The notes beneath the pieces are model-generated. The model was not told the DNA's origin and did not search any database. It saw only the letters and a list, made by a program, of their open reading frames with translations. Source: an uncultured Gammaproteobacteria bacterium (GTDB lineage: Bacteria; Patescibacteriota; Microgenomatia; Daviesbacterales; UBA10151). From it: a DNA stretch of 64,000 nt. Position numbers and translations under genes: made by a program. Shown in pieces: positions 37,303-48,890 of this stretch; the first letter of the stretch is position 1, and every line of letters begins with the position of its first letter. The stretch is taken from the NCBI GenBank assembly GCA_964625535.1, contig CAZVEX010000002.1, positions 21,559-85,558 on the forward strand, written 5' to 3'.

Positions 37303-37694
37303 TATGTTTCCTCCGCGGCATATACTTTTAGCTTTTTGATCATTTGTTGACCGAGTTTACCCCTGGGAATCATGCCTTTGACCGCATGTTCGATGATATA
37401 TTCCGGCTTGCGTACAATCATTTTATCAAAAGTTTCACTCTTTAGGCCGCCGGGATAATCTGAATGACGGACGTATTTTTTTTGCACCATCTTCTTACCT
37501 GTCACTTTAATTTTCGCAGCATTTACGACTACCACCAAATCTCCCGTGTCAAGATAAGGCACGTAGTTTGGCTTGTGTTTACCCATCAACAATGTGGCCA
37601 CTTGGGTAGATAACCTGCCCAGTATTTGCCCGGCAGCATCAATTACATGCTTTTCTCGCTTTATATCTTTGGCCGATAAAACATTAGTATTCAT
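37302..37694 (-). CDS. rplM: 50S ribosomal protein L13
   Basis: LGRL, GKHKP, AVKGM. Confidence 0.96.
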   Translation of the reverse strand: MNTNVLSAKDIKREKHVIDAAGQILGRLSTQVATLLMGKHKPNYVPYLDTGDLVVVVNAAKIKVTGKKMVQKKYVRHSDYPGGLKSETFDKMIVRKPEYIIEHAVKGMIPRGKLGQQMIKKLKVYAAEET

Positions 37695-38041
37695 TTTTTA
37701 AGTAAACTCATCCTCACCATCATGGCTCCGTCTCCTTGGCGCGGGCCAAGTTTTACCAGAGAGGTATAACCCGAAGTTCTTGATTTTAAGACAGGAATAA
37801 CTTCTTGAATTAATTTTTCCTGAATTTTTTTGGAGGTCAAAAATGTTTGCAATAATCTTCTGGTATTGGGAGTTTTAGCCTGATTGATGATCTTATCCAC
37901 CAACCCTTTAATAGCTTTAGCTTTGGCTTCGCTTACTTGTATGCTACCATGCAGAATTAAACTGCCTACTAGATTTTTAAATAGTGCAGCCCGCTCATTT
38001 TTATCTCTTCCAAGGTGTTTACCATAAACTTTATGCCTCAC
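37691..38041 (-). CDS. rplQ: 50S ribosomal protein L17
   Basis: MRH, SGYT, RQGDGA. Confidence 0.95.
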   Translation of the reverse strand: MRHKVYGKHLGRDKNERAALFKNLVGSLILHGSIQVSEAKAKAIKGLVDKIINQAKTPNTRRLLQTFLTSKKIQEKLIQEVIPVLKSRTSGYTSLVKLGPRQGDGAMMVRMSLLKK

Positions 38042-38933
38042 GCAAAGTTAGCCCCCTCTCTAAAAGCTTTTCCGATATTAAACTCAATGATTTTGCTCCC
38101 AGGTTCTTAGCTTTGAGAAGCTCTGCGCGGGAAACACTAAGCAATTCCTCAATAGAATTTATCTCAATAGCTCTTAGAGCATTGGTAATTCTAACAGGCA
38201 AATCCAGTTCTTCCACGGTCATCTTTAGCATCTCGTCCGAAATTGCAGGAGTTGCTTCTACCTCTTCTTCCTGATCGGGTTCATAGATTTTACGGAAAGT
38301 GTCTGATAAAATTTTGGCTGCTTCGTTTAAAGCGGCAAGAGGGGTAATCGTACCGTCAGTTGTAATCTCCAAAGTCAATTTATCAAAATTGGTTTTTCTA
38401 CCCACCCGGGTGGGTTCAACCGTATAATTGCAAGCCACCACAGGAGAAAATAAGGCATCAGTAGCAATTACTCCAATTTCAGTACCTTTCCTATCCTCGG
38501 CCATAGAATACCCTCTCCCAGTTTCTACTGTCATCTCCATATTAAGCTTGGCTTTGGAATCATTTAAAGTAGCAATCACCTGATCGGGATTGGCCACTTC
38601 CCCATCTCCCTCTATCTGTAAATCTCCTGCCTTAACTTGTCCCTTGCCGTTGGCTTTAACAGTGAGCTTGATCCCCTTATCTGAATGAATTTTAATCCTA
38701 ATCTTTTTGATATTTAATATAATTTCAATAACATCTTCCGATATGCCCTCAATGGTGGAAAATTGATGAGCCACCCCGTCTATTTTGACAGAGGTCACGG
38801 CCGAGCCCAAGAGAGAAGTCAAAAGCGCTCTTCGCAAGCTGTTTCCCAAGGTATGACCAAAGCCACTCTCGAGAGGTTCGAGAATAACTTTGGCGTGATT
38901 TTCTTTTGTAATTTCTTCTTTTACTTTAAACAT
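38031..38933 (-). CDS. rpoA: RNA polymerase alpha subunit
   Basis: PLESGFGHTLGNSLRR, NLGAKS. Confidence 0.97.
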   Translation of the reverse strand: MFKVKEEITKENHAKVILEPLESGFGHTLGNSLRRALLTSLLGSAVTSVKIDGVAHQFSTIEGISEDVIEIILNIKKIRIKIHSDKGIKLTVKANGKGQVKAGDLQIEGDGEVANPDQVIATLNDSKAKLNMEMTVETGRGYSMAEDRKGTEIGVIATDALFSPVVACNYTVEPTRVGRKTNFDKLTLEITTDGTITPLAALNEAAKILSDTFRKIYEPDQEEEVEATPAISDEMLKMTVEELDLPVRITNALRAIEINSIEELLSVSRAELLKAKNLGAKSLSLISEKLLERGLTLREA

Positions 38934-39535
38934 TATCGTGAATAATACTCAACAATCAATTGTTCATCAATTGCCTGCTCCATCTCTTCCCGCTCCGGTA
39001 ATCTTAAAACCTTGCCCAAAGTAGCCTTTCTTTCAAGCCACCCCGGCAAGGTTTCCTGATCCGCTAAATTCTTCAGAACCTGTGTATTATCTGATAATTT
39101 GGGTAATAATGCAATAGTTTGCCCTACTTTAATTTGATAAGAGGGAATATTGACCTTTTTACCCTCAACTGTGACGTGTCCGTGACTAACCAGCTGTCTA
39201 GCCTGGGCTCTGCTTTTAGCAAAACCCAGCCTGTAAACCGTATTATCAAGTCTGGTTTCCAAAAGCCGTATCAGGCTTAAGCCCGTTGCTCCTTTGACTT
39301 TCGCCGCTTTTTGAAAATAGCGTTTAAATTGTTTCTCCAAAATACCGTAAAACCTCTTAGCCTTTTGTTTTTCTCTAAGTTCTAAACCATATTCCGAGAC
39401 TCTACGTCTTCTGCCTAATCCATGTTGCCCCGGTGGCACTGCCCCTTTTCTTTCAAGCGCTTTAGCATCCTTGGCAAATAGAGCAATACCTTCGCGTCTC
39501 GATAATCTTCTTTTGGGACCGGTGTAACGAGCCAT
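38933..39535 (-). CDS. rpsD: 30S ribosomal protein S4
   Basis: MARYTGP, PPGQHG, VEYYSR. Confidence 0.97.
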   Translation of the reverse strand: MARYTGPKRRLSRREGIALFAKDAKALERKGAVPPGQHGLGRRRRVSEYGLELREKQKAKRFYGILEKQFKRYFQKAAKVKGATGLSLIRLLETRLDNTVYRLGFAKSRAQARQLVSHGHVTVEGKKVNIPSYQIKVGQTIALLPKLSDNTQVLKNLADQETLPGWLERKATLGKVLRLPEREEMEQAIDEQLIVEYYSR

Positions 39536-39927
39536 TACACCCTCCTCCTCTTTTTTGGCCTTGGACCATTATGAGGAATTGGCGTCATATCGGCAATCAT
39601 GGTAATGTTTACCCCTGCCCCTCTTAAAGCTTTTATAGTTGCATCCCTTCCGGACCCGGGCCCCTTAATATAGACCTCAACGGCACTCATTCCATAACCT
39701 TTTGCTTTCTGGGCCAGCGCTTCCATGGCCGAAATAGCAGCGAAAGGAGTTGCTCTTCTGGCGCCTTTAAAACCGGCTGTTCCGGAGGTAGCCCATGCCA
39801 GGGTATTACCGGCATTATCAGTCAAAGTCACCAAAGTATTATTAAATGTAGCAGTCACATAAACCCTGCCGCTTTGCAGTTTTTTTTCTTCTTTTTGTTT
39901 TTTTACTTTTGTTTTCTGCTTAATCAT
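39535..39927 (-). CDS. rpsK: 30S ribosomal protein S11
   Basis: TFNNT, PHNGPRP. Confidence 0.97.
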   Translation of the reverse strand: MIKQKTKVKKQKEEKKLQSGRVYVTATFNNTLVTLTDNAGNTLAWATSGTAGFKGARRATPFAAISAMEALAQKAKGYGMSAVEVYIKGPGSGRDATIKALRGAGVNITMIADMTPIPHNGPRPKKRRRV

Positions 39928-39929
39928 AG

Positions 39930-40346
39930 TTATTTAGCAGTCTCCTGGCTTTTGGTGTCACCTGTTGGCGTAGATGTTGCTTCCTTTTTAATAGCGCCAA
40001 TTGTTTTTCTCTTGCCTCTTCTTGTCCTCGCATTGGAACGGGTGCGCTGTCCACGAACTGGCAAACCCTTTCTGTGTCTTAGACCCCTGAAACTACCAAT
40101 GTCTTCCAATCTTTTGATGTTTTGTTCAATCCCTTGTCTTAAATCTCCCTCTACTTTAAACTGCTCAACCGCTTTTTGTAACTTATTAACCTCTTCTTCG
40201 GTCAGATCCTTAACTTTCTTCGCTCTATCAACTCCCGTATCTTTGATCAAAGATACCACATTGGACCTGCCTATACCGAAAATATAGGTTAGTCCGATAT
40301 CAACTCTTTTTTCACTTGGCAAATCAACTCCTGCAATCCTAGCCAT
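39930..40346 (-). CDS. rpsM: 30S ribosomal protein S13
   Basis: [14 protein letters not shown]. Confidence 0.97.
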   Translation of the reverse strand: MARIAGVDLPSEKRVDIGLTYIFGIGRSNVVSLIKDTGVDRAKKVKDLTEEEVNKLQKAVEQFKVEGDLRQGIEQNIKRLEDIGSFRGLRHRKGLPVRGQRTRSNARTRRGKRKTIGAIKKEATSTPTGDTKSQETAK

Positions 40347-40349
40347 AAT

Positions 40350-40466
40350 TTATCCTTGTCTTTGCTTGTGTCTTGGATCACGGGGGCAGATGACATATAA
40401 AATGCCTTCCCTTTTGACCACTTTGCAAAATTTACATCTTGTTTTTATACTGGCTTGTACTTTCAT
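40350..40466 (-). CDS. rpmJ: 50S ribosomal protein L36 (not in ORF track)
   Basis: [38 protein letters not shown]. Confidence 0.95.
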   Translation of the reverse strand: MKVQASIKTRCKFCKVVKREGILYVICPRDPRHKQRQG

Positions 40467-40518
40467 ATTTTTGATCCTTTCAAAAATTCAAGGTTCTGCG
40501 ATTAGCAGGTTCTTATAA

Positions 40519-40764
40519 CTATTTTAATCTAAATGTGATCCTTCCTTTATCCAAATCATATCTGGGACTCATTTCTACCCTGACTCTATCCCCTTCCAAA
40601 AGCCTGATATAGTGCATTCTCATTTTACCGGAGATATGACACAAAATCACCCTTCCCAAAAGTTCCGCTACGGCGCTTTTTTCAATTTCTACTCTAAATA
40701 AAGTGTTGGGTAAAACTTCAACAACTTTACCTTCTATCTCAATAACATCTTTTGTTTGCATCAT
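40519..40764 (-). CDS. infA: Translation initiation factor IF-1
   Basis: [15 protein letters not shown]. Confidence 0.96.
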   Translation of the reverse strand: MMQTKDVIEIEGKVVEVLPNTLFRVEIEKSAVAELLGRVILCHISGKMRMHYIRLLEGDRVRVEMSPRYDLDKGRITFRLK

Positions 40765-40813
40765 AGTATTCTAACAAAATCAGCTTCAATATACAACCCA
40801 TAGGATTTACAAT

Positions 40814-41545
40814 CTAAGTCAATACTTCAGCTCTATCCTTGCCAACTGCCACAGTCATTTCGAATACGCCTCCCCAGGAGCCATCGGCTGTTGAGTAGGT
40901 CCAACCGTCGCCGTCCAAGACTACATCCGATGTTCCCTTGGCATAAATCACCTCAATTGCTATAGTCATACCTGCCTGAAGAGGCATTCCTGTTCCCTTC
41001 ATACCAAAACCCGGAATCTCCGGCTCCTCATGAAGCTTTTTTCCGATCCCGTGCCCAACCAAACTTCTCACTACATGGTATCCTGACCCCTCCACCTTAC
41101 TCTGAATGGCAAAAGAAATATCTCCTATCATATTTCCCTCTATCGCCTGGGCAATCCCGTCGCGCAATGCTTCTTCCCCAACCTTCAGAAATTTTTCTTT
41201 GTCTCGGTCTTTGCCCAATAATACACTCCAAGCACAATCCGTATGCCAACCCTTAAAACTAACTGCTAAATCTACACTGACCAAATCACCTCTGACAAAT
41301 TTTCTATCCGTTGGTATTCCATGTACCACTTGTTCATTAACAGTAATACAGGTGGCAAATCTATAATTTGGTACGGTTTTATAAGACAGGTCTCCGCCTA
41401 GTTTATAAATCTTCTCTCTGGCAATTTTATCTACTTCCAGCTCGCTAACCCCGGGCAAAACTATCTCCAAAGACTTTTTTAAAGCTGCTGCGGCAATTCT
41501 CCCGCTCTCTCTCATCAGCTTTAATTCATAACTATTCCTAATCAT
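40814..41545 (-). CDS. map: Methionine aminopeptidase type I
   Basis: VHGIP, GHGIG..LHEEP. Confidence 0.93.
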   Translation of the reverse strand: MIRNSYELKLMRESGRIAAAALKKSLEIVLPGVSELEVDKIAREKIYKLGGDLSYKTVPNYRFATCITVNEQVVHGIPTDRKFVRGDLVSVDLAVSFKGWHTDCAWSVLLGKDRDKEKFLKVGEEALRDGIAQAIEGNMIGDISFAIQSKVEGSGYHVVRSLVGHGIGKKLHEEPEIPGFGMKGTGMPLQAGMTIAIEVIYAKGTSDVVLDGDGWTYSTADGSWGGVFEMTVAVGKDRAEVLT

Positions 41546-42053
41546 TTATCGCGTCCCTTATTCTTTGTTGTACTCTATCAATGCTACTCAATCCATCAAT
41601 TTGTTTAAGCATCCCTTTTTGTTGATAATAATCCAAAACAGGATCTGTTTGCTGATGGTAATTTCTTAATCTTTCAGCAATTAACTCTGCTGTATCATCC
41701 TCTCTGGCTCTTGCCAGAAGTCTTCTTGTAGCCTCTTCATCAGATAGATCTAAATAGATTACCTTGTCAAAGCCCGGATCAAAAAGTTTTATTTGCTCCA
41801 TAGTCCTGGGATAACCGTCAAGAATAAAACCATTCCTATATTCTTCTTCTCTTAATTTTTCCTCGACTATTTTAGATGTGGTTTGATCATCAACCAGTTT
41901 TCCCTGATCCAAAATTTGTTTGATTTCCCCTGTCATGGCCCGAAAAATATCACCTGTTGAAATGTACGGTAGTCCCAAAAATTGGGCCAGTAATTTACCT
42001 TGAGTTGATTTACCCGATCCTTGCGCACCCAAAAATAATATTTTTTTAATCAT
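41538..42053 (-). CDS. adk: Adenylate kinase (short form)
   Basis: [18 protein letters not shown]. Confidence 0.92.
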   Translation of the reverse strand: MIKKILFLGAQGSGKSTQGKLLAQFLGLPYISTGDIFRAMTGEIKQILDQGKLVDDQTTSKIVEEKLREEEYRNGFILDGYPRTMEQIKLFDPGFDKVIYLDLSDEEATRRLLARAREDDTAELIAERLRNYHQQTDPVLDYYQQKGMLKQIDGLSSIDRVQQRIRDAIND

Positions 42054-43348
42054 ACCGGCCTTTTGGTAAACACATCGTAACTTCGCTCAATCAGTTTGCT
42101 TTCAAACTGTTTAGCCGTATCCATAATAACCGACACTACAATCAACAGTCCGGTACCACCCAAAATCAGAGTGGTAATGCCTGTCAGCTGTGAGGCGATG
42201 GAAGGTAGAATTGCAATTAACCCCAAAAAGATGGCTCCTGCCAGAGTAACTCTGACCAAAATGTAATTTAGGAATCTGGCTGTGGAAGTACCCGGTCTAA
42301 TCCCCGGAATAAAACCCCCGTATTTTTTTATCTCATCCGCTACTTTAGTGGGATTAAAAATAACGGCGGTATAGAAAAAGGTAAACCCTACCACCAGCAA
42401 AAAATAAACGCTGTTGTAAGTGACACTCGACGGATTAAAATTAGAAACCAAAAATCTTCCCAAAAATGACAGCTGCGCTTGAGGAAGTTGCGATAAATAA
42501 GAACCTGCAAACGAAGGAATCAAAACCAGGGAAACGGCAAAGATAATGGGGATAACTCCGGCTTGATTAACTCGGAGGGGCAAATAAGTTTGAGCTCCTC
42601 CGGGACCGGATTTATCGCCAATAAATCTTCTGGCATACTGGACAGCGATTTGTCTTCTGCCTTCATTAATAAAAACAACCGACGCTATCACCAAAACTGC
42701 CAGAGCGGCGAATATTAAAATATTGATCAACTGCTGCTGATCAAAGATGGTGGCTGTCTGCCCGAAAACCACCGGAATTCTGGCAACAATTCCTGCAAAT
42801 ATTAAAAGCGAAATGCCATTACCAATGCCATATTCCGTAATGAGCTCCCCCAGCCACATCAAAAATATTGTTCCTGCGGTCATACCCATAATGATGGCTA
42901 TAATTTGAATGGGGGAAACAGCCGCCACAATCCCCTGGTTTTTTAAAAGCACAAACATCCCTATAGCTTGTAACACGGCCAGCGGCACGGTTAAATATCT
43001 GGTATATTGATTGATTTTCCCTCTACCATATTCTCCTTCTTTCGACAGTGCCTCCAGCTTTGGCCAAACCATGGTTAACAGTTGTATAATGATTGAAGCA
43101 TTAATGTAAGGGTTTAGCCCCAGGGAAATAATGGAAAAATTAGCCAGCGTCCCCCCGCTGAAAATATCAAGTAACCCCAAGAATTGATTGGAAGAAAACA
43201 AAGCTTGTAGAGCGGCCAGATCTACACCGGAAACAGGAATATGAGCAACTATTCTAAAAATAAAGATAATTATGATCGTAATAAAGATTTTCCGTCGCAG
43301 TTCCGGAATCTTAAAAGCGTTGGTTATAGGAGCCAGAATATTAGACAT
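42050..43348 (-). CDS. secY: Preprotein translocase SecY
   Basis: [22 protein letters not shown]. Confidence 0.97.
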   Translation of the reverse strand: MSNILAPITNAFKIPELRRKIFITIIIIFIFRIVAHIPVSGVDLAALQALFSSNQFLGLLDIFSGGTLANFSIISLGLNPYINASIIIQLLTMVWPKLEALSKEGEYGRGKINQYTRYLTVPLAVLQAIGMFVLLKNQGIVAAVSPIQIIAIIMGMTAGTIFLMWLGELITEYGIGNGISLLIFAGIVARIPVVFGQTATIFDQQQLINILIFAALAVLVIASVVFINEGRRQIAVQYARRFIGDKSGPGGAQTYLPLRVNQAGVIPIIFAVSLVLIPSFAGSYLSQLPQAQLSFLGRFLVSNFNPSSVTYNSVYFLLVVGFTFFYTAVIFNPTKVADEIKKYGGFIPGIRPGTSTARFLNYILVRVTLAGAIFLGLIAILPSIASQLTGITTLILGGTGLLIVVSVIMDTAKQFESKLIERSYDVFTKRPV

Positions 43349-43775
43349 TTTCTACCTTTCCCCCTTTGTCTTCAATTGTTGCTCTAACGCTTTTCGAAAC
43401 CGGCACCTTAACGGTTAAAGCTTTTTCCAGTTGCCCGTTTCCTAAAATTTTAACGCCCGCTGTCATCTCTTTCTCGCTCACAACTTTCGCCTTCACAAGC
43501 TGTTCCATATCGATAGTAGCGCGGGCAGGAAAAACATTAAGCTGTGAGAGAGACACTACTTTGGGCTTTAACAAAGTCTTTAGATTACCAAAACCGCGTT
43601 TTAGAGGCAATTTTTTATAAAAAGGCATACTTCCTGTAAAGGTAGCCGGAATCTTGCCGCGGGCTTTTTGCCCTTTGGTGCCCCGGCCGGCAGTTTTTCC
43701 CCGACCGGAACCCACTCCACGACCCATTCTCTTACGAGATTTAAGATTAATTTTGATTAATTTATGTAGTTTCAT
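43341..43775 (-). CDS. rplO: 50S ribosomal protein L15
   Basis: [19 protein letters not shown]. Confidence 0.95.
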   Translation of the reverse strand: MKLHKLIKINLKSRKRMGRGVGSGRGKTAGRGTKGQKARGKIPATFTGSMPFYKKLPLKRGFGNLKTLLKPKVVSLSQLNVFPARATIDMEQLVKAKVVSEKEMTAGVKILGNGQLEKALTVKVPVSKSVRATIEDKGGKVENV

Positions 43776-44248
43776 ATTTTTTTCAATTTCCCCAAAGCCT
43801 CCAGCGTGGCGTATACATTAGACGCCCGATTTTTGGTCCCTAAAGTTTTTGATACAATATCATGAATTCCCGCAGCCTCTACCACAACTCTCACTGCCCC
43901 TCCGGCAATTACTCCTGTACCTTCTCTTGCCGGTTTCAATAAAACCTTGGCCGCACCTACTTTAACAAGTATCATATGGGGGATAGTCCGACCTTTTAAG
44001 GGTACATCTATTAGATGTCTTTTTGCATAGGCAGTTGCTTTTTTAACTGCCGATTGGACATCGGCTGCCTTGCCCAAACCAACTCCCACCCGTCCTTTCC
44101 GGTCGCCTACCACCACAATCACAGAAAGAGATCTTTTATCTCCTCCTTTAGTTTTCTTAGAGACTCTATTTACCTGAACCACTCTTTCAAAAAATTCAGA
44201 TTCTTCTCTGACAGTATTTGAATAAGAATTTCTATTACCCCGAATCAT
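43772..44248 (-). CDS. rpsE: 30S ribosomal protein S5
   Basis: RVSKKTKGG, GTGVIAGG. Confidence 0.96.
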   Translation of the reverse strand: MIRGNRNSYSNTVREESEFFERVVQVNRVSKKTKGGDKRSLSVIVVVGDRKGRVGVGLGKAADVQSAVKKATAYAKRHLIDVPLKGRTIPHMILVKVGAAKVLLKPAREGTGVIAGGAVRVVVEAAGIHDIVSKTLGTKNRASNVYATLEALGKLKKI

Positions 44249-44251
44249 ATT

Positions 44252-44587
44252 TTAGAAAATTAACCCTCCATCTCTTGCGCCTTTTGCCAACTCTGCAATT
44301 CTACCATGATACAAAAACCCGCCTCTGTCAAATATCACTTTTTTAATTTTCAATTTTAAAGCTCTTTCTGCTAATTTTTTACCAACCTCATAAGCTTTTT
44401 TACCCTTATTAACCTTATCTAATTTAATGTCAGATGCTGATACTAAAGTTTTACCAACACTATCGTCAATAATTTGGGCATAGATATGTTTACCAGACCT
44501 AAACACAGATAACCTGGGTCTATCTTTAATACCCATTAATCTTTTTCTTATTTTTTTATGTCTTTTTAACCTTAATCCTTGATTCAT
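44252..44587 (-). CDS. rplR: 50S ribosomal protein L18
   Basis: RPRLSVFRS, FDRGG.YHGR. Confidence 0.96.
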   Translation of the reverse strand: MNQGLRLKRHKKIRKRLMGIKDRPRLSVFRSGKHIYAQIIDDSVGKTLVSASDIKLDKVNKGKKAYEVGKKLAERALKLKIKKVIFDRGGFLYHGRIAELAKGARDGGLIF

Positions 44588-44598
44588 AACTGTTTATT

Positions 44599-45165
44599 CT
44601 ACTTACTCCCACCTGCTGCGGCCGCGCCTACTTTCCCGGCCTTACCCACTTTTTTCCTGATATATTCACCTTCATATCTTATTCCCTTACCCTTATAAAC
44701 ATCCGGCGCTCTTACTTTCTTTAAATTAGCTGCCACTTGTCCCACCAGCTGCTTATCAATACCGGAAACTACAATCTTGGTATTATCGACAACTTCAAAA
44801 GTGATCCCTGTCGGTGCTTCAACTTCCACCGGGTGCGAAAATCCTACATTTAAAATTATTTTATTGCCGGTAGTTTGCGCCCTAAATCCCACCCCCACTA
44901 GCTGTAAACTATTACTCCATCCTTTAGTTACTCCCTCAATCATATTGGCAACCAGGCTTCTGGTTAAACCATGCAAAGCTTTTACTTTCTTTTGATCATT
45001 TTTTCTTCGAAAAAAAAGCTGTTTATTCTCAATTTCAACATTAATATTTTGGTCGATATCTATTTCTAAACTACCTTTATCTCCTTTAACCATTAAGTGT
45101 TTGCCGGTTTTTATAACCTCAACATTATCCGGTATTAATATTGGTAAACTACCTATTCTACTCAT
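44599..45165 (-). CDS. rplF: 50S ribosomal protein L6
   Basis: MSRIG, YKGKGIRY. Confidence 0.96.
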   Translation of the reverse strand: MSRIGSLPILIPDNVEVIKTGKHLMVKGDKGSLEIDIDQNINVEIENKQLFFRRKNDQKKVKALHGLTRSLVANMIEGVTKGWSNSLQLVGVGFRAQTTGNKIILNVGFSHPVEVEAPTGITFEVVDNTKIVVSGIDKQLVGQVAANLKKVRAPDVYKGKGIRYEGEYIRKKVGKAGKVGAAAAGGSK

Positions 45166-45174
45166 ATTTTTTTC

Positions 45175-45552
45175 TTACCAGACTAGCGCAAGCACTTCTC
45201 CTCCCAATCTTTGTTTTCGCGCCTCTTTATCAGTCATTACTCCTTTGGGCGTTGAAACAATAGCAACCCCCAAACCGTTTAAAACCGAAGGCAAACTCTT
45301 AACCCCTTTATAAATTCTTAAAGAAGGAGTGGATACTCTTTTGACATCTGTCAAGACGGGAACGCGGCCATTGTACTTGAGAATCACCAGTAGTTCTCCT
45401 TTATTTTGCTTGACGGATTCAATATAACCCTCTTGTTGCAAAAGCTTCATGATTCTTAAAATAAGTTTGGAAAATCTCACATTAACGGAAATTTTCCCTA
45501 CCAAATAACCATTTTTTATTCTAATTAGCCCGTCGGCTATTGGATCTACCAT
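45175..45552 (-). CDS. rpsH: 30S ribosomal protein S8
   Basis: DPIAD, STPKG, GGE. Confidence 0.96.
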   Translation of the reverse strand: MVDPIADGLIRIKNGYLVGKISVNVRFSKLILRIMKLLQQEGYIESVKQNKGELLVILKYNGRVPVLTDVKRVSTPSLRIYKGVKSLPSVLNGLGVAIVSTPKGVMTDKEARKQRLGGEVLALVW

Positions 45553-45725
45553 GATGATTTTTTCACTCCCGGAAGTAAGCCCTGATGGGCAAACTCCCTA
45601 AAACAAAGCCGGCAAAGACCGAATTTTCGCAAGAACGCTCTCGATCTGCCGCATCGCAGACAACGATTTCTTTTTTGGACTTCATATTTAAATTTACTTT
45701 TAACAATGTTGCTGACTTTAGCCAT
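45546..45725 (-). CDS. rpsN: 30S ribosomal protein S14, Zn type (not in ORF track)
   Basis: [25 protein letters not shown]. Confidence 0.95.
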   Translation of the reverse strand: MAKVSNIVKSKFKYEVQKRNRCLRCGRSRAFLRKFGLCRLCFREFAHQGLLPGVKKSSW

Positions 45726-45728
45726 AAT

Positions 45729-46268
45729 TTAACTCCTAAACGGTACTCCTAAATATTCTAATAACTTCCTGCCTTGTTCTTTATTTTTGGCGGTCGTCGT
45801 AATAGTCACTGCCAAACCTCGCGTCTTATCAATTAACTTATAATCAACTTCGGGAAATATTGTCTGCTCTTTTAATCCTATATTTAAATTACCTTGGTCA
45901 TCAAAAGAGCTAAGGGATATTCCTCTGAAATCCCTCACCTTAGGCAGAACAATATTAACCAGTTTATCCAAAAAGGCATACATCCTGTCTCCCCTCAAAG
46001 TCACCATCAACCCTACGGGTTGACCCTTGCCAACTTTAAAAGAGGCAACGGATTTCTTAGCCAAAGTTACAACAGGCGCTTGTCCAGCCAGTGCTCCCAA
46101 ATAGATTTTTACTTTATCCAAAACCCCCGCATTATCTTTAGCTTCACCCAATCCTATGCTAATAACAATTTTATGCAAACGAGGTACTGCCAATTTATTT
46201 CTTAGGCCTAACTCCTCTTGTAATTTAGCTTGCACTTCACTTATGTATTTTTCTTTAAGTCTATTCAT
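45729..46268 (-). CDS. rplE: 50S ribosomal protein L5
   Basis: VTLRG, RDFRG, IFPE. Confidence 0.96.
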   Translation of the reverse strand: MNRLKEKYISEVQAKLQEELGLRNKLAVPRLHKIVISIGLGEAKDNAGVLDKVKIYLGALAGQAPVVTLAKKSVASFKVGKGQPVGLMVTLRGDRMYAFLDKLVNIVLPKVRDFRGISLSSFDDQGNLNIGLKEQTIFPEVDYKLIDKTRGLAVTITTTAKNKEQGRKLLEYLGVPFRS

Positions 46269-46587
46269 TTATCTCCTTTTTGCATTTTTTACAGACTCTT
46301 AACTTCCCGTCTTTAGTTTTTTTAAAGTTTACTTGCGTTGGTTTTTTGCACAAAGGGCAAATTAAAACCACATTGGATATATCAATCGGCTTTGGTATTT
46401 CTATAATTCCTCCTTCGGTTTGACCTTGTTTTTTAACATGCCTTTTGTAAACATTAACCCCCAAAATTAACACCTTGCCCTTTTTACCAAAGACTTTCTC
46501 CACGGTGCCTTCTTTTCCGCGGTCTTTTCCCAACAACACCTTGACTTTATCTCCTTTTTTTATCTTCGAAGAAGATTTTCTTTTCAT
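46261..46587 (-). CDS. rplX: 50S ribosomal protein L24
   Basis: IKKGDKV..GKDRGK. Confidence 0.95.
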   Translation of the reverse strand: MKRKSSSKIKKGDKVKVLLGKDRGKEGTVEKVFGKKGKVLILGVNVYKRHVKKQGQTEGGIIEIPKPIDISNVVLICPLCKKPTQVNFKKTKDGKLRVCKKCKKEINE

Positions 46588-46955
46588 CACCAAACCTCCT
46601 GGGCCAGAGAAACAATTTTGTTGTAACCGGCATCCCTTACTTCTCTGGCGATTGGCCCGAATATGCGGGTTGCCCGCAAGTTCCCGTCATTATCAATCAC
46701 AACTGCCGCATTATCGTCAAACTTTATATACGAACCGTCTCTTCTTCTTAATTCTTTTTTAGTTCGCACGATTACGGCTCTTACTACCTCGTGATTTTTA
46801 ACCTGACCCTCCGGATCTGCCCCCTTAACCACTGCTACCACCAGCTGACCCAAGGTAGCCTTTCTTTTTCCCGATCCGCCCAGAGGTTGAATTACTTGCA
46901 AAACCTTTGCCCCACTGTTATCCGCCACAATCAGTCTTGTCCTATGTTGTACCAT
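46587..46955 (-). CDS. rplN: 50S ribosomal protein L14
   Basis: [20 protein letters not shown]. Confidence 0.97.
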   Translation of the reverse strand: MVQHRTRLIVADNSGAKVLQVIQPLGGSGKRKATLGQLVVAVVKGADPEGQVKNHEVVRAVIVRTKKELRRRDGSYIKFDDNAAVVIDNDGNLRATRIFGPIAREVRDAGYNKIVSLAQEVW

Positions 46956-47259
46956 GCTTTTTAGACTCCTTTTGTGATACCTCTGCAATAATCTCTTCTG
47001 CCGACTCTTTTAATTTTTCCTCTGCAATCTCTGCCAAATTCTTACCCTTCACTTGAACAATCTTCCAGTGTTTATACTTAGAAACAGGCTTTGTTTTAAC
47101 TATATCCACCACATCTCCCTCTTTTGTCTGCAGTAAGTCATGAACCAAATATTTCTTGCTGCGAATATAGGTTTTCTTGTAAAGCGGATGGGTCGCTTTT
47201 CGCTCTACCAATACCGTAGCCGTATTTTTTGATTTCGTCGAAACTACTCTGCCTATCAT
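46942..47259 (-). CDS. rpsQ: 30S ribosomal protein S17
   Basis: GRVVS, HPLYKK, PVSK. Confidence 0.95.
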   Translation of the reverse strand: MIGRVVSTKSKNTATVLVERKATHPLYKKTYIRSKKYLVHDLLQTKEGDVVDIVKTKPVSKYKHWKIVQVKGKNLAEIAEEKLKESAEEIIAEVSQKESKKHGTT

Positions 47260-47474
47260 TTTGCCTCCAGTTCTTCAAGCAGTTGCTTCTGTCTGATAAT
47301 TGTTAAAATCTTGGCCAGAACCTTTCTTTTCTTGAAAACCAATTTGGTATCTTTTAGCTTATTCATATTTTTATCTAAAACTGCATCCTCGATTTCTTTT
47401 CTTAAAATCTTTGCCTTGGCAAATAGCTCTTGAACAGATAACCCTTTTATTTGATTTAATTCATTTTTTTTCAT
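47256..47474 (-). CDS. rpmC: 50S ribosomal protein L29
   Basis: Position between rplP and rpsQ; RKVLAKILT. Confidence 0.88.
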   Translation of the reverse strand: MKKNELNQIKGLSVQELFAKAKILRKEIEDAVLDKNMNKLKDTKLVFKKRKVLAKILTIIRQKQLLEELEAK

Positions 47475-47480
47475 TGTTCA

Positions 47481-47894
47481 TTACCCCTTTTCCACAAAAT
47501 GAGTCTTAATCGGCAATTTATGAGCTGCCAGGCGTAGAGCTTCCCTGGCAATTTCTCCTGTCACGGCGCCCATCTCAAAAATCAGTTGACCCGGTTTAAT
47601 CACGGCCACATATCCTTCCACATCTCCTTTTCCGGAACCCATTCTTGACTCGGCAGGATGTTTAGTCACAGGCTTATCCGGAAATGCCCGTATCCAAATA
47701 CGACCACCCCGTTGGGTATAATGAGCCATGGCTCGCCTGGCCGACTCCAGTTGTCTGGAACTTAACCAACCTGCCTCCATAGCCTTCAGGCCATATTGAC
47801 CAAAAGAAATGCTGCTGTTGCGAGTAGCTATCCCTGTTCTTTTGCCTTTAAAAGTTTTCCTATGTTTTGTTCTCTTCGGTTGTAACAGCGCCAT
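47481..47894 (-). CDS. rplP: 50S ribosomal protein L16
   Basis: RMGSGKG, AAHKLP. Confidence 0.97.
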   Translation of the reverse strand: MALLQPKRTKHRKTFKGKRTGIATRNSSISFGQYGLKAMEAGWLSSRQLESARRAMAHYTQRGGRIWIRAFPDKPVTKHPAESRMGSGKGDVEGYVAVIKPGQLIFEMGAVTGEIAREALRLAAHKLPIKTHFVEKG

Positions 47895-47895
47895 A

Positions 47896-48537
47896 TTAAA
47901 TTTCTACCTCCCCCTTGTTAATCCAAACTTTCACTCCCACAAATCCGGACTTGGTTAGAGCCGGATAAGCGGTAAAGTCAATGTTTGCCCGCAAAGTATG
48001 TAAAGGCATACTGCCTTGAGCTTTCCACTCCCGTCTCGCGATCTCTGCTCCTCCGATTCTACCGGAAATAACAATCCGTATCCCTTTTGCCCCTGCTCTC
48101 ATGACTCTATCTATAGTCTGATTCATCACCCTCTGGGCCGGCAATCTTTTAACCAATTGTTCTGCCACGGCCTGGGCCACCAAGTAAGCCGAAAGGTCGG
48201 CGCTTTTAAGTTCCATGGGCGCAATTTCCAAACTATTTTCCTCCTTAATGTTTAGTTCCTTCACTAAAAACTTCTTCAGTTCGCTCAACCCTGCTCCGCC
48301 CCGACCGATCAAAACCCCCGGTCTGGACACAAAAATAATCACTTTTAATTTATTAATTGACCTTTCAATCTCAACCGCGCCTATGCCTGCCGGACGCAGT
48401 TTTTTCATCAGCAACTGCCTGATTTTAATATCTTCCGCCAAAAACTTACTATATTTGCTGTCTGTCGCAAACCAGCGAGACTGCCAGCTTGCGCCAATAC
48501 CCATTCTAAATCCAACCGGGTGAATCTTTTGACCCAT
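47896..48537 (-). CDS. rpsC: 30S ribosomal protein S3
   Basis: [17 protein letters not shown]. Confidence 0.97.
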   Translation of the reverse strand: MGQKIHPVGFRMGIGASWQSRWFATDSKYSKFLAEDIKIRQLLMKKLRPAGIGAVEIERSINKLKVIIFVSRPGVLIGRGGAGLSELKKFLVKELNIKEENSLEIAPMELKSADLSAYLVAQAVAEQLVKRLPAQRVMNQTIDRVMRAGAKGIRIVISGRIGGAEIARREWKAQGSMPLHTLRANIDFTAYPALTKSGFVGVKVWINKGEVEI

Positions 48538-48539
48538 GG

Positions 48540-48890
48540 TTACTTTTCCTCCTTCGGCCTAGAGTCAGAAGAGTCAGATAGGACGATTTTAATGTGGCTC
48601 ATTTTTCTTTTGTATGGTCTTGCTCTGCCTCTGGCGCCTGCCCGGAATCTTCGCATTTTTGGACCCTCATTGACCTCAATTGTTTTAAAACTAATTTTTT
48701 CCATACCTTTTGTCTTGGCATTAGCCACGACAGTTTTAATGGCTTTTATTAAATCCCCGCCGGCACCTTTATTAGTAAATCGTAAAGTCTCTAGGGCTTT
48801 AACAGGTTCCATTTTACGCACCAAACTTGCCACCAGCCGCAACTTGCGGGGCGAGGTATGCATATATTTTTGTATAGTTGTAGCTTCCAT
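48540..48890 (-). CDS. rplV: 50S ribosomal protein L22
   Basis: SPRKLRLV, ARGRA, SHI. Confidence 0.96.
   Translation of the reverse strand: MEATTIQKYMHTSPRKLRLVASLVRKMEPVKALETLRFTNKGAGGDLIKAIKTVVANAKTKGMEKISFKTIEVNEGPKMRRFRAGARGRARPYKRKMSHIKIVLSDSSDSRPKEEK

Noticed and set aside
43772-43775. rpmD (L30) missing between rpsE and rplO
   Set aside because: Known general feature of CPR genomes; used only as a taxonomic clue
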